Virus record (IMG/VR): IMGVR_UViG_3300024999_000316
Coordinates: 1-28,390 of that record
Strand: one strand, 5' to 3'
Origin: a virus
Taxonomy: Duplodnaviria > Caudoviricetes
Length of the DNA: 28,390 bases
In this document: piece by piece, positions 14,597-23,879 of the stretch
Position numbering within the stretch: position 1 is the stretch's first letter
Layout of the letters: the number at the start of each line of letters is the position of its first letter
Position numbers and translations under genes: made by a program
Notes under the pieces: generated by a model
Seen by the model: only the letters and a program-made list of their open reading frames with translations
Database searches by the model: none
Told to the model about the DNA's origin: nothing

Positions 14597-15136
14597 TTAG
14601 GTGTCAATCTTTGCTATCTGTTTCGGTTCGGCTAAATCCTTTGCCCCTTGCATTGTTGCTATGATTTGCTTTAAAGATTGCGGGGTTTTCGCGTCCGTTA
14701 TCTCCCTTTTCTCCAAGGCCTCATACGCCATTCGGAATTGACCCCGTATAACATCAATGTTTTCAGATAGGCAAATATCTTTAAATCCAATCGCTTCAAC
14801 TGCTTTTCTTGTTAAAGGACTAAGACTTGCCAACGCTTCCGGTTCGCGATATATGCCGAGGTTACGGATTGACTTTGTAACCTCTGCCCATGCGTCCGGT
14901 GCTGGCGGGATGTTCGGTCCTGTGATTTGTGCCGCCACCCCTCGGAATACGGCTGGCATTGGGAGGAAAGGATTCTCAAGGGTTGCTATTACTTTTCTAG
15001 CTGAGGTCATGGCTATGTTAAAGGGTAAATCTTTAAGAGCGTCCCAGTATACCTCCATCCTTTGTGGTGACGGCTTGGTATCAGTGGTAATTGACGTGAT
15101 GTATGAATAAAATTTAGCAAACTCAGGCTTGTCCAT
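14597..15136 (-). CDS. Replicative helicase loader/inhibitor (G39P-like)
   Basis: Directly follows the initiator; W..L.DL......A......F.P.PA..R, AW.EV, RGQF...Y. Confidence 0.7.
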   Translation of the reverse strand: MDKPEFAKFYSYITSITTDTKPSPQRMEVYWDALKDLPFNIAMTSARKVIATLENPFLPMPAVFRGVAAQITGPNIPPAPDAWAEVTKSIRNLGIYREPEALASLSPLTRKAVEAIGFKDICLSENIDVIRGQFRMAYEALEKREITDAKTPQSLKQIIATMQGAKDLAEPKQIAKIDT

Positions 15137-15947
15137 TATTTTCTGCCTCCTCGTGCATAGATAACCATTGGGCTGTTATATTGTCCTGAATGGATGGTTC
15201 ATTTTTAACCCATAGTTTTGATTTATCTTCATCCAATGGATAATGTACATAATCTTCATATGGTTTTGCAGGCCCTAAGAAGGTGGAAGGATGTTGGGTG
15301 AATTGCTGATCCTTACCCTTCCTAGATGTTGCGTAGTTCCTAGATGCAGAAACTAGGTCATTGGGGTCAACTCCTTCCTTCCTTCTAGTATTCCACGCCT
15401 TCATGGTCTTTGTCTTATTGATATGCCTTGGATACGATTCCCAAAATTCTTCGAAGAGCATCTCCGACTTATCACTGAGTGTAGGCGAAGAAATATCTTC
15501 GGGTATTGTTTTGGATTCGGATTGGATTCGGATTTGGATTGGATTTGGATTGGATTGGATTGGATTACGGTGACATATGCAATCATCCGATATCATCTGA
15601 TATCCGTTGTATGTCTCTGATGTTGGCTCTGGGTATTTGCTTCTTTTTGCCCTTATTTGTTGGTGCTTTTCCCACGTTTTTATTTGCAGGTATGGTAGCC
15701 CTCCGCTTACGTAGCTCACAACCAATCCTACATCTATTAGTTTTATTAATCTTTTCACTATGTCGTTAGTTATCGAATTATCTTTAAGAGGGTAACATTT
15801 TGCGGTAAGTATTTTTATTCTTCCATCCATGCGACCGTAGTCGTCACAATTTACAATTAATCTATAAAAGAAGTTCTCCTCTTCTGTAGTTAATTGATCT
15901 ATCGTGTCGCTAGTGCAAATGGATTCCTTTAAAATCCTATTAGGCAC
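15123..15947 (-). CDS. Phage replication initiator / replisome organiser
   Basis: MPNRILKESICTS..I..L...E.FFYRLIV.CDDYGR N-terminus; FEEFWESYPR and HPSTFL C-terminal motifs. Confidence 0.85.
   Translation of the reverse strand: MPNRILKESICTSDTIDQLTTEEENFFYRLIVNCDDYGRMDGRIKILTAKCYPLKDNSITNDIVKRLIKLIDVGLVVSYVSGGLPYLQIKTWEKHQQIRAKRSKYPEPTSETYNGYQMISDDCICHRNPIQSNPNPIQIRIQSESKTIPEDISSPTLSDKSEMLFEEFWESYPRHINKTKTMKAWNTRRKEGVDPNDLVSASRNYATSRKGKDQQFTQHPSTFLGPAKPYEDYVHYPLDEDKSKLWVKNEPSIQDNITAQWLSMHEEAENNGQA
15510..15567. repeat. Tandem GGATT-based repeat array inside the initiator gene (candidate origin iterons)
   Basis: ttggattcggattggattcggatttggattggatttggattggattggattggatt. Confidence 0.8.
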
Positions 15948-15951
15948 CTAC

Positions 15952-16353
15952 TCACCTTCCTGCATTATTTAACATTTCCATTCCTCTCCCAAAACCCTCA
16001 TCATACCCGTTGAGAAAGTCAGAAATATCCCTGCGTGTTATTTCGTTAGCAAGATCAATGGCCTCCGTCACGCATTCTTTTGGATTTAAAAATACTTCAG
16101 TACCCATATAACGTATCACTGTATATCCTTGGCGCATTAAATACCTTTCTCTCTTGTAATCCTTCTCTCGTTGTTCTTTGCTTTTGTGAAATTCATGTCC
16201 ATCTATCTCGATGACACACTTTTCATAAACAAAGTCAACTTTATAGATTCCAATCACAACTTGACTTAAAAGTTCCACAATTGCCGGAAATTCAGGATCT
16301 TCATTAACCAATTCATCGTACGCATCTTGGAACCTTTGCTCAATCTTATTCAA
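15952..16353 (-). CDS. DUF559/Vsr-like endonuclease
   Basis: YKVDF, VIEIDGHEFH, KDYKRERYL...GYTVIRY. Confidence 0.85.
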   Translation of the reverse strand: MNKIEQRFQDAYDELVNEDPEFPAIVELLSQVVIGIYKVDFVYEKCVIEIDGHEFHKSKEQREKDYKRERYLMRQGYTVIRYMGTEVFLNPKECVTEAIDLANEITRRDISDFLNGYDEGFGRGMEMLNNAGR

Positions 16354-16374
16354 CCCTACATCACTCCTCTCCTA

Positions 16375-16445
16375 TATTATAACACAAGTTGTGTCGTTTG
16401 TATAATTTAACATGGTGCATAATAAACTTAACTTGTGTTATAATA
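16375..16445. promoter_or_regulatory. Mirror-image divergent extended -10 promoters
   Basis: Perfect 16-bp inverted repeat AACTTGTGTTATAATA (16430-16445 on +, 16390-16375 on -), each copy containing TGnTATAAT. Confidence 0.8.
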
Positions 16446-16478
16446 AGTAACATATAACTTTAGGGAGGATGATAAAAT

Positions 16479-16661
16479 ATGGCAAATGATAAGCTATATC
16501 GCTTCAATTTCGTGCTACCGGAACCCTTAGCGTCAGAGATAGATAAATACCGCAAGGATGTCGGGACATTACCGCCAAAGTCCGTTGCTATCCGTGATCT
16601 AATAGAACTTGGATTAAAGACATATTGGAAAAATAAGGATTCAGTCGGCAGAGATGATTGA
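16479..16661 (+). CDS. Ribbon-helix-helix regulator
   Basis: GGGAGG RBS; RFNFVLPEPLASEIDKYR...SVAIRDLIELGL. Confidence 0.85.
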   Translation: MANDKLYRFNFVLPEPLASEIDKYRKDVGTLPPKSVAIRDLIELGLKTYWKNKDSVGRDD

Positions 16662-16679
16662 TCTCTGCCTTATTTCTTT
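16647..16679 (+). terminator. Intrinsic terminator of the RHH gene
   Basis: GGCAGAGAT-GATTG-ATCTCTGCC followed by TTATTTCTTT. Confidence 0.8.
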
Positions 16680-16686
16680 GCATGAT

Positions 16687-16998
16687 CTACTCGACTAGCC
16701 ATAGGCCGTTGATCATTTTAAGGCTGAGATCCCATTCCGTGAATCTAAGGAAACCGTCAATGGTATGATCGACTGGCCTTATCCTCTTCCCGCTATTCAC
16801 GGCGGTCATGAAATCAACTGACTCGCGAAATAATTCCCAATCTTCATCAAGTTTCGGAACTTCACATGAAAACTTATCGTTATCGGAATAAACTAAGTGC
16901 CCATTAAGGAATTTATAAACAGCATTATTTAAGTTGGTTCTATAAAATTTAGCATTAGGATTAGCTAACGCATATGTGTACATTTCACCAGTCTTCAT
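16687..16998 (-). CDS. Hypothetical phage protein
   Basis: Operonic ORF; W....V.FM.A...GKRIR motif. Confidence 0.7.
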   Translation of the reverse strand: MKTGEMYTYALANPNAKFYRTNLNNAVYKFLNGHLVYSDNDKFSCEVPKLDEDWELFRESVDFMTAVNSGKRIRPVDHTIDGFLRFTEWDLSLKMINGLWLVE

Positions 16999-17000
16999 CC

Positions 17001-17261
17001 CTAAACACCCTCCTTCACACTCTTCGCCAAAATATCAGAGGAACATGCTCTGCAAACCATATCCCCATGCCACGCGACAACCTTAATATCAGATCCGCAA
17101 AACATACACTCTATCGAGTGCTTCTGTATCCTCAAACCTTTTCCATCTGACACCATTTCTAGCGGTGTCGTAGTGTCATATCCCATCGTTAACCGCAATG
17201 GCTTGGGTATCGTAATCCTCCCGAAAGAGTCCATTGTTACTGAGATTCCTATTGGCTTCAC
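17001..17261 (-). CDS. AbrB/MazE/SpoVT-family regulator with C-terminal Zn site
   Basis: MK..GI...MD..GRITIPK.LR; CMFCG...CRAC. Confidence 0.88.
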   Translation of the reverse strand: MKPIGISVTMDSFGRITIPKPLRLTMGYDTTTPLEMVSDGKGLRIQKHSIECMFCGSDIKVVAWHGDMVCRACSSDILAKSVKEGV

Positions 17262-17725
17262 TTCTTCTCCATCTCCTTCTTTTTATCGCTATGCCAACGA
17301 TTAGTTTCCACCGTCCTAGTTGCCGCATCCTCAAGACTCCATTTCCTAAGCACTCTGCTTAAAAAAGTTCTGCGACAAATACCGTTCCTGAGTGCCAATT
17401 CCTCATATTTTTTCTGATGCTTTCGATTTGCTTCTCCGACCACTTTCATGTTGTTCCTTGGATCAAGTACAGGCGTAGTTGCTGCCTTCTCAGGGGTCCA
17501 TCCATGCCTGTAAATTCTTGTCTCGAATGTTCTCTTGCCTATCCCATTTGTCTTAGCTAATACAACCCATTCTGTGTATAAATTGCGTTTTTTTGGAGGG
17601 GTAGTTATGGCTTCTTTTATCGGCCACGCTCTGTCCCGAACTCTCTTTTCTAGAGTGTTTGTACTTATGCCATTTTCTTCTGCTATAGAGTAATGTTCGG
17701 GAGTTATCCAATACTGATAAGCCAT
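17258..17725 (-). CDS. Triple-repeat phage protein, paralog of 14148..14582
   Basis: Y.I.P..Y.IA..NGIS..TL..RVR...W....A...PP repeated three times. Confidence 0.7.
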   Translation of the reverse strand: MAYQYWITPEHYSIAEENGISTNTLEKRVRDRAWPIKEAITTPPKKRNLYTEWVVLAKTNGIGKRTFETRIYRHGWTPEKAATTPVLDPRNNMKVVGEANRKHQKKYEELALRNGICRRTFLSRVLRKWSLEDAATRTVETNRWHSDKKKEMEKK

Positions 17726-17727
17726 AA

Positions 17728-17949
17728 CTACCTCCGATATTTAGCAGGTATCTTCGCTAATTCGGCATTATCTAGACCCTTTTGCCATGCAAAAATATCC
17801 TTGTTCGGCGGTAAGTCTAACTCGTTGCGCTCTTTCTGAATCCGGGATTTACCGCAGCCTATGATTTTGCCGACTTCGATGTCGTTTAGGCCGGACATGT
17901 AGAGTTCTGTGAATAGGATGGGATCTATTTGCGTTGCTGTGTTTTGCAT
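17728..17949 (-). CDS. Small HTH-like protein
   Basis: ELYMSGLNDIEVGKIIG...R..L.LP, similar to the N-terminus of 13758..14135. Confidence 0.65.
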   Translation of the reverse strand: MQNTATQIDPILFTELYMSGLNDIEVGKIIGCGKSRIQKERNELDLPPNKDIFAWQKGLDNAELAKIPAKYRR

Positions 17950-17969
17950 TTGGCTCCTCCTTAAAATGG

Positions 17970-18130
17970 TTATTGAGTCAATTTACGGTTGCTTCTTGGG
18001 TATGTCCTGTGTTTATCCCTGTGGCACAGTGGGCAAAGCCACTTAACATCGAGAGGTTTACTGTAATCTGGATGATGCGCGTTTATGCGAGATGTTTTGA
18101 TCCCGCACTCCGAACAGTTCAATGTTTCAT
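17970..18130 (-). pseudogene. Minimal or frameshifted HNH endonuclease (not in ORF track)
   Basis: CSECG...[24 protein letters not shown] from TTG 18122; the RBS-linked ATG 18130 reads only MKH*. Confidence 0.7.
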
Positions 18131-18146
18131 AATCCCGCCTCCCTAA

Positions 18147-18890
18147 TCAGAACGTAAATTGTTCCAACGGTATGTTTTTTCCAGCTTCAGCAATCTCCGT
18201 ATCCTTACCCGTTAACTCCGTTATTTCCCTGACCATTCTTTCTGCGTCCGAGTTAACTGAGGATAAATGAAGTAAAACTATTTTTTTTACCTTTGACAAA
18301 TCATTAGCGGATAAGAACTCCTTGACGTGTTCCAGTGAAAAATGGCTTTCCAATAGACGGTTTTTCATACTAGATTGAATGTATCCTGATTCAATATTTG
18401 CATCTAATGTGTCTTTGCAGTAGTTACATTCAACTAGCACATAATTTAATCCATTGAAGCGATTTCTTATGAAGTACGTATCTGTTGCAAAAAGTAGTTT
18501 TTCACCCGTTGGTCTGTACTGAATTAAATATCCAAGTGGTTGAGCGCAATCATGCTCGGTATCGAAGGGGAGAATCGTAAAATCTCCAACGTCAAATTGC
18601 ATTCCCGAAATAACAGGCATCAACCTATGAGTATTTAGGGATTCCATTGTTTTTAGAGTCCCCATGGACATATAACAATCAATACTAGAAAGAGTAAGCC
18701 CTTTAACGGCCTTCGAGTGATCTTTGTGTTCGTGGGTTACTAGGCATCCATAAACACGGCTTAAATCAAATCCTAGAGCTTTCTGTATGTCTTTATATTT
18801 CATTCCTGCATCTAGAATTAGAGTTCCGGTAGGGGCTTCGAGGAGATAGGAATTACCCTTACTCCCCGAACCAATTACTTTTAGATTCAT
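18147..18890 (-). CDS. MBL-fold metallo-hydrolase (phage recombination exonuclease-type)
   Basis: GSGSKGNSY, THEHKDH, HD, ATDT, ECNY, LLHLS. Confidence 0.9.
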   Translation of the reverse strand: MNLKVIGSGSKGNSYLLEAPTGTLILDAGMKYKDIQKALGFDLSRVYGCLVTHEHKDHSKAVKGLTLSSIDCYMSMGTLKTMESLNTHRLMPVISGMQFDVGDFTILPFDTEHDCAQPLGYLIQYRPTGEKLLFATDTYFIRNRFNGLNYVLVECNYCKDTLDANIESGYIQSSMKNRLLESHFSLEHVKEFLSANDLSKVKKIVLLHLSSVNSDAERMVREITELTGKDTEIAEAGKNIPLEQFTF

Positions 18891-18891
18891 A

Positions 18892-19899
18892 CTAGAATCC
18901 CGGCCCTGTTGGTGGATTGTTCAACTCTTCAGCCAACTTATCCATCTCAACTATCTCAGCATCAGTAATACCTTCTTCATTTTCGTGGTCGTTCGGAACG
19001 TCTTCGGATACGATATCAACAACATTGCCATTGTTAGCGTTTTCCACAATCGTTTGTTCTACTTCGGCCTCTTTGAATTCGTTTTCAAGTTGATTTAGTC
19101 GCATATAATCGTCATCAATCTTTTGACTGTCGATTGTGATGTCTTTATAGGCGGCCCGGTAAATTGTCTTATAGCACATCTTGTCGTGCCATCCCTCTAT
19201 GGTTTCCCTGCCGACTTTTTTACCGTTATCCCAAACGTCCTTTTCCCCACCCCAAAATTCAACTGAGGCATACTTGGGCTTTCTTTTTTCGATGTCCTTT
19301 ATCGATAAAACAACAAGCTTATTTTTCTCTGGATTATCAGGGAATGAGTGGTAATAAAACCCACCCACTAACTGGCCCCGGTCAAAGTCGTTGGTAATTT
19401 CAAACTCATAAAACTCAACCTTATTGGTGTGACTCTTTTTGATAGATTTGAATTTGTCGGTAGAGTAAACGAGTTCAACAATAACATTTGGAGCATCTAG
19501 GCCGTATTTAACTGCCTTTAGTTCAATTCCTCGATACCCAGGCATAAAGGTTAATCCATATTTAGCCACGCCATTCTTCTTAAATGGGATAAGACTGACA
19601 TGGTTGTCCTGTTGCGGGTCCCAACCAATCCTCGCGGCAGCTACAACGTTTTGGGAAAGTTCCTCCATATCGATATTTGCCCAAACAATAGGCAAGGGGT
19701 CCTGGTTCTTGGTTTTCTTTTTACGCTTCTCTTCAGCAGTTTTAAGGGTCATATCGGCAACGATGAAATAGTTTTGGATCAGACGTTTTTGGAAATTAGT
19801 TAGGACAATCTCCCCTACGCTTCCTTGAAATAATTCCGTTACCTTGCCCATAAATCGTTCTGCCATGGTTTGTTCATTTATCGCTATATCTGTTGTCAT
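18892..19899 (-). CDS. recT: RecT-family single-strand annealing protein
   Basis: G.DP, LIPF, GY.G, V...D.F, W..W...M..KT..R pattern; sits between the AAA ATPase and the MBL nuclease. Confidence 0.8.
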   Translation of the reverse strand: MTTDIAINEQTMAERFMGKVTELFQGSVGEIVLTNFQKRLIQNYFIVADMTLKTAEEKRKKKTKNQDPLPIVWANIDMEELSQNVVAAARIGWDPQQDNHVSLIPFKKNGVAKYGLTFMPGYRGIELKAVKYGLDAPNVIVELVYSTDKFKSIKKSHTNKVEFYEFEITNDFDRGQLVGGFYYHSFPDNPEKNKLVVLSIKDIEKRKPKYASVEFWGGEKDVWDNGKKVGRETIEGWHDKMCYKTIYRAAYKDITIDSQKIDDDYMRLNQLENEFKEAEVEQTIVENANNGNVVDIVSEDVPNDHENEEGITDAEIVEMDKLAEELNNPPTGPGF

Positions 19900-21899
19900 G
19901 CTTTATTCCCCACTACTCTTAATTTTTCATCTTCCGCACTCACAATGAGCTTAATAACTTGCGAGTTTACATCCACAGTACCCGTGACTGACTCAAAATT
20001 ATCAATGAAAATCGGGCAGGATACCCCGTAGTATTCCGACAACATTTCAATAATCGAAAGACCAGCTACAATTTTGCCACCGTTATTCGCCCCATCAAAT
20101 TCAACCCAAACGCCATTCGTATTAACTAACGTACGGCAGACTTCTTTTTCCGTCCCATCATTCAGCGTGTCGAATAGCTTGAATTTAACCGTCTTAAACC
20201 GGTTGTTAATCGAATCCTCAAGTATCTTGACCTTTGCAGTTGTGAATTGCTTAATTAGATAGTCTTGACGCTCATAGCTGTTTATTTCGGCAGCTAATTT
20301 GCTTTCTTCTGCCTTGAGTTCTTCGATACGAAGTTTTGCTTTTTCGATAACTTCCTTTTGGTTGAGTGTTCTGTTTAGCCATTCGATTAAGGAAGCTGTT
20401 TCTTGCTTTTTATACAGAAGGTCGGAAGTTGTATCTTCGATAGGCTTGTCAAGTTCGACTTGCAAGGCTTGGAGTTCGTCAGTCAGACTTGAATATTTCA
20501 AATCAAGAGAATAGTTGTATCCGTTGCCGTGTTCAGTTTTCTCGCGCTCTATGTCATTTTCTAACTCGACAATTCTCTCGTATATTTGAGTTAATCTAGT
20601 TTCGTGTTTGGTTAAAATCTCAGCATCTAACGTTTTCTCTTTATTAAGGAATTCAGCTCTACTTCCTGCATCTGTACCCTGTTTACGAACACCGGAGATA
20701 ACCTGATTTTTATTCTTGTCAAAGTTTTCCTTTAACTTATCAATCTTCTCTTGCGCCTTACCTTCGGGTAGTGATTGTTCGCAAGTTGGGCAGCTAAACC
20801 CATCAGGGGCAATGAATTGTTTGGCGTTTTCCTCTGCCCATGTTTTACGGAGTTCGATAATTAACTTTTCTATATTTTCTAGCTCCATGGACCTTAATTC
20901 GGAATTAGAACCCAACTTCTTAACCTCTGTGGATATAAGGTATCTCTCACCTTCGAGTTGCGATTTTTCCTCAATTGCCTTTTTTAGTCCAGACAAAGAG
21001 TAGTTATCGAGATCCTTTTTTCGAGCATCCAATTCGCCCTGCAACTTATACGCCTGTTGCTGTTTCTGGCGGTATAAACTAGCCCCCTTGGCGTTCATAG
21101 CTAGTTCTAATTCAATCGCTTGCAAAGTGTCTCCATGGGCTTGTAGCGAGGTTTCTATTGCTGTGTAGTCAGTGACATCTTCTGTGATATTTCGTTGTTG
21201 CTCATTGATCCGTGATGGTATCCCATCCATTTGGGATTTAGTGCTTTTAATCTTCTCCGAAACTACTAATTTGTGTTGTTCAATTGTCCTGCCGGAGTTA
21301 ATGACCATTTGTAAATCCAACATACTTTTGTCGCCTACGGAAACTAGCGAATCAATAACGTCCGAATCCGACACATCACCGCATATCTCAAACAGAATCT
21401 TTCTCCGTTCCTGCCATCCAAATCCCTTCTCATTGGTATTAAAAAAGAGGGGATTTGTCAGGAGTTTGAAGATATTTTCCTTTATGAGCATGTTGATTTC
21501 AAGAGTATAGTCTTTGGCTTTTACCGGGACATCGTTGACCCAATATTTTGTTTCATTGCCAGTAAACTCTTTCACTTGGGTTCCCTGTTTCTTCACCCAT
21601 TTTTCAGAGAGTTGACGCTTGAGCTTGAGCTTATTATTATCAACAAGGAAAACTCCTTCGACAATGCAATCCAAGCGATGGATCTCGTTTCCGTCCTCAT
21701 CCTGCGGTTTTATCTGATAGTCTGCGCGACCTGATGAATCTTTCCCGAAAAGAAGCCACTGGCTACTATCAAAAAGTGTACTTTTCCCTGTTGCATTTTT
21801 ACCGAAAATGTCAGCGTTTTTTCCGTTTAATTCAAGGGTAAAATTCTCTACCCCTTTGAAATCTTTAAGAGATAACGATTGAAGTTTAATTGTTTTCAT
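19896..21899 (-). CDS. Rad50/SbcC-like coiled-coil ATPase
   Basis: Walker A GKNATGKS, Zn-hook CPTC mid coiled-coil, Walker B PIFIDNFES. Confidence 0.92.
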   Translation of the reverse strand: MKTIKLQSLSLKDFKGVENFTLELNGKNADIFGKNATGKSTLFDSSQWLLFGKDSSGRADYQIKPQDEDGNEIHRLDCIVEGVFLVDNNKLKLKRQLSEKWVKKQGTQVKEFTGNETKYWVNDVPVKAKDYTLEINMLIKENIFKLLTNPLFFNTNEKGFGWQERRKILFEICGDVSDSDVIDSLVSVGDKSMLDLQMVINSGRTIEQHKLVVSEKIKSTKSQMDGIPSRINEQQRNITEDVTDYTAIETSLQAHGDTLQAIELELAMNAKGASLYRQKQQQAYKLQGELDARKKDLDNYSLSGLKKAIEEKSQLEGERYLISTEVKKLGSNSELRSMELENIEKLIIELRKTWAEENAKQFIAPDGFSCPTCEQSLPEGKAQEKIDKLKENFDKNKNQVISGVRKQGTDAGSRAEFLNKEKTLDAEILTKHETRLTQIYERIVELENDIEREKTEHGNGYNYSLDLKYSSLTDELQALQVELDKPIEDTTSDLLYKKQETASLIEWLNRTLNQKEVIEKAKLRIEELKAEESKLAAEINSYERQDYLIKQFTTAKVKILEDSINNRFKTVKFKLFDTLNDGTEKEVCRTLVNTNGVWVEFDGANNGGKIVAGLSIIEMLSEYYGVSCPIFIDNFESVTGTVDVNSQVIKLIVSAEDEKLRVVGNKA

Positions 21900-22096
21900 A
21901 TTTCTTCCTCTTCTTTCTTCTCAAATTTATACCCACAAGCCGTATGAATCATCTCGGATTTACATCCACCAGTACATAGCTCATCCCACTTGCAGCAATC
22001 GCATTCGTCCTCTGCATCACACTGTTCCTCGGAATGTTCGTGATTCTGCTCATGAAATTCTCGATAAAATTCTCTGCCTTTAAACAAAAGATTCAC
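21896..22096 (-). CDS. Small Cys/acidic hypothetical protein
   Basis: Operonic overlaps. Confidence 0.55.
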   Translation of the reverse strand: MNLLFKGREFYREFHEQNHEHSEEQCDAEDECDCCKWDELCTGGCKSEMIHTACGYKFEKKEEEEI

Positions 22097-22526
22097 ATGG
22101 CCCCCGTAGTTCTAAAGTATCATCCAATATGGTAGAATATCCTTGAGTATTTTCTTTGTCAGTCGGGGCATCTGTTTGCAGCAGGGCCTCTTCTTTTTGC
22201 CCAATTGCTTTCTTAATAACAAGATTAATCAGCGTTTCTCCGTCAACATCTATCGAAAAACACTCATAAATAACACCATCCTTGACGCTAATCCCTGCCT
22301 TGCCTCGGTATTCTAATTCAGGAAATATTGCATTTAGTAAGACATCTATCTCGTCCCAGTCAGCATTTACCTTGGATATGACCGTGACGCGTCTTAGTGC
22401 GTTGGAGTGACCGTCAATTGACCATTGCTCGATGAGTTGGCTATCTTCTAGGTCTTGGATGGCAGAGAGTTCATCTTTGGTTAATTTTCGCATGTTGCTT
22501 TGCTCCTTATCTTTTTTATCCGTCAT
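22080..22526 (-). CDS. Acidic hypothetical protein
   Basis: Operonic ORF; start uncertain. Confidence 0.6.
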   Translation of the reverse strand: MTDKKDKEQSNMRKLTKDELSAIQDLEDSQLIEQWSIDGHSNALRRVTVISKVNADWDEIDVLLNAIFPELEYRGKAGISVKDGVIYECFSIDVDGETLINLVIKKAIGQKEEALLQTDAPTDKENTQGYSTILDDTLELRGPCESFV

Positions 22527-23334
22527 AACATCCACACGCTTGGTCTACGACATCGACGAACATTGCGGGTTGATAATTACCGTTACCCAACGCTTTTTCA
22601 CCGCATCGAGCATTTGCTTTCTCATTTTCCATGTACTCTGTATAATTGATAAATTCTGACCAGGCATAACTTCTACCCAATCCTGGTATTGTTGTAAGCT
22701 CTGAGTTGGACTCCATGTCTAGTGCTCTTTTTAGCAAGTCAGGATGCGAATCCCTTAGTTCTAGAATCTCAGACTTTTTCATACTTGGGCAGTAAAAACA
22801 ACTGCTTTTACCTGGTTGCGGTAATCCTGCATCGGCTATGGTTTTAACGCAAGCATCCCTGTCCATTTCCCACTCAATAAGCGGATACCAAAAACTGTAC
22901 TTTTTGTCATCGTAATCCTTAGCTCTGCGTTCCTCTCCGAATTCATAACCAATTGCTTTGATAACCTTTTCTCCGCTTTTCCACGTTGCAATCGCCAATG
23001 GGTGATGATTACAAAACTTATCCTGCGGTTGTGCTTTGAATTTTAGTGAACACGACTTGAATCCATAAGCTAGTGATGGAAGCATGTTTTGCTCAAGACA
23101 ATTTGTTTCAAGTGTCATTACTTCACCATGAAGGTCTACCTTTTTAACAACCGTAATCGGGGGGAATCCATATCCAACTAACCACAATGAAAACATAACG
23201 ATGTACCAATAGGTTTCGGGCCTCTCCCCCCCTGTATCAGCAAAGAGAATTAAGTCTGGAAGAATACCCCTCTTGACCATTTCCACTGGCTCTGCGGTAC
23301 TGTCTGTACCTGCTCCGTAAGCTACAACTAGCAT
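22516..23334 (-). CDS. PAPS-reductase-family (PP-loop) protein
   Basis: AYGAGTDS, FADTGGE.PETY, C...FK..P, YPL..W, KSSCFYCP. Confidence 0.85.
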   Translation of the reverse strand: MLVVAYGAGTDSTAEPVEMVKRGILPDLILFADTGGERPETYWYIVMFSLWLVGYGFPPITVVKKVDLHGEVMTLETNCLEQNMLPSLAYGFKSCSLKFKAQPQDKFCNHHPLAIATWKSGEKVIKAIGYEFGEERRAKDYDDKKYSFWYPLIEWEMDRDACVKTIADAGLPQPGKSSCFYCPSMKKSEILELRDSHPDLLKRALDMESNSELTTIPGLGRSYAWSEFINYTEYMENEKANARCGEKALGNGNYQPAMFVDVVDQACGCYDG

Positions 23335-23634
23335 TTATTCCTTTCTCCCCATGCAAATACTGTTCTCGCGAGTAAACACCGGATTAAACGGCTCCCCAAC
23401 TCTCCCCCTGCCAACATAATCCACCACTACAGCCTTCATCCTTCCATCATCCTTATCCTCTCCTCGAACAGTATTACCACACCGCATTAACTCGGTGAAA
23501 TCAGCCTTATTGCGCTTAATGCGTTCCTCGATAGACTTCTTCTCCTGCTCGATCTTATAGGCTTGTATTTCACGATTGATCCAACCTATTTTTGATGCTT
23601 GGTAGCCGATGGCTTTGGCGAATTTCTTTAGCAT
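23335..23634 (-). CDS. Hypothetical protein
   Basis: Operonic ORF. Confidence 0.6.
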   Translation of the reverse strand: MLKKFAKAIGYQASKIGWINREIQAYKIEQEKKSIEERIKRNKADFTELMRCGNTVRGEDKDDGRMKAVVVDYVGRGRVGEPFNPVFTRENSICMGRKE

Positions 23635-23867
23635 TCCAACGCCCTCCTCTTCCTCTTATTCCTTGGACGCTCACGCTTTGCCACAATAGGAACATTATCC
23701 CGCCTAGAACATTCTCCCTGACAAAATGGGAACATCAGATTCGTGAACAGTACTCCTTCTGTACTAATTTCCCAAACACGAGAACACAAACAGGTTATCT
23801 TAACTTCACCGTCAGGCAGGTTGACTTCTTTTCCGCACAGACAAGTTTGGGTTGCTTGTTTAACCAT
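23628..23867 (-). CDS. Cys-rich hypothetical protein
   Basis: GGAGG RBS; CxCG and CxC motifs. Confidence 0.6.
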   Translation of the reverse strand: MVKQATQTCLCGKEVNLPDGEVKITCLCSRVWEISTEGVLFTNLMFPFCQGECSRRDNVPIVAKRERPRNKRKRRALEC

Positions 23868-23879
23868 AAAGAATCCTCC

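Noticed and set aside
18147-21899. Rad50-like ATPase plus nuclease as a defence system (Wadjet/Lamassu-like)
   Set aside because: The ATPase-RecT-MBL order within the early operon is the usual Firmicute phage recombination module
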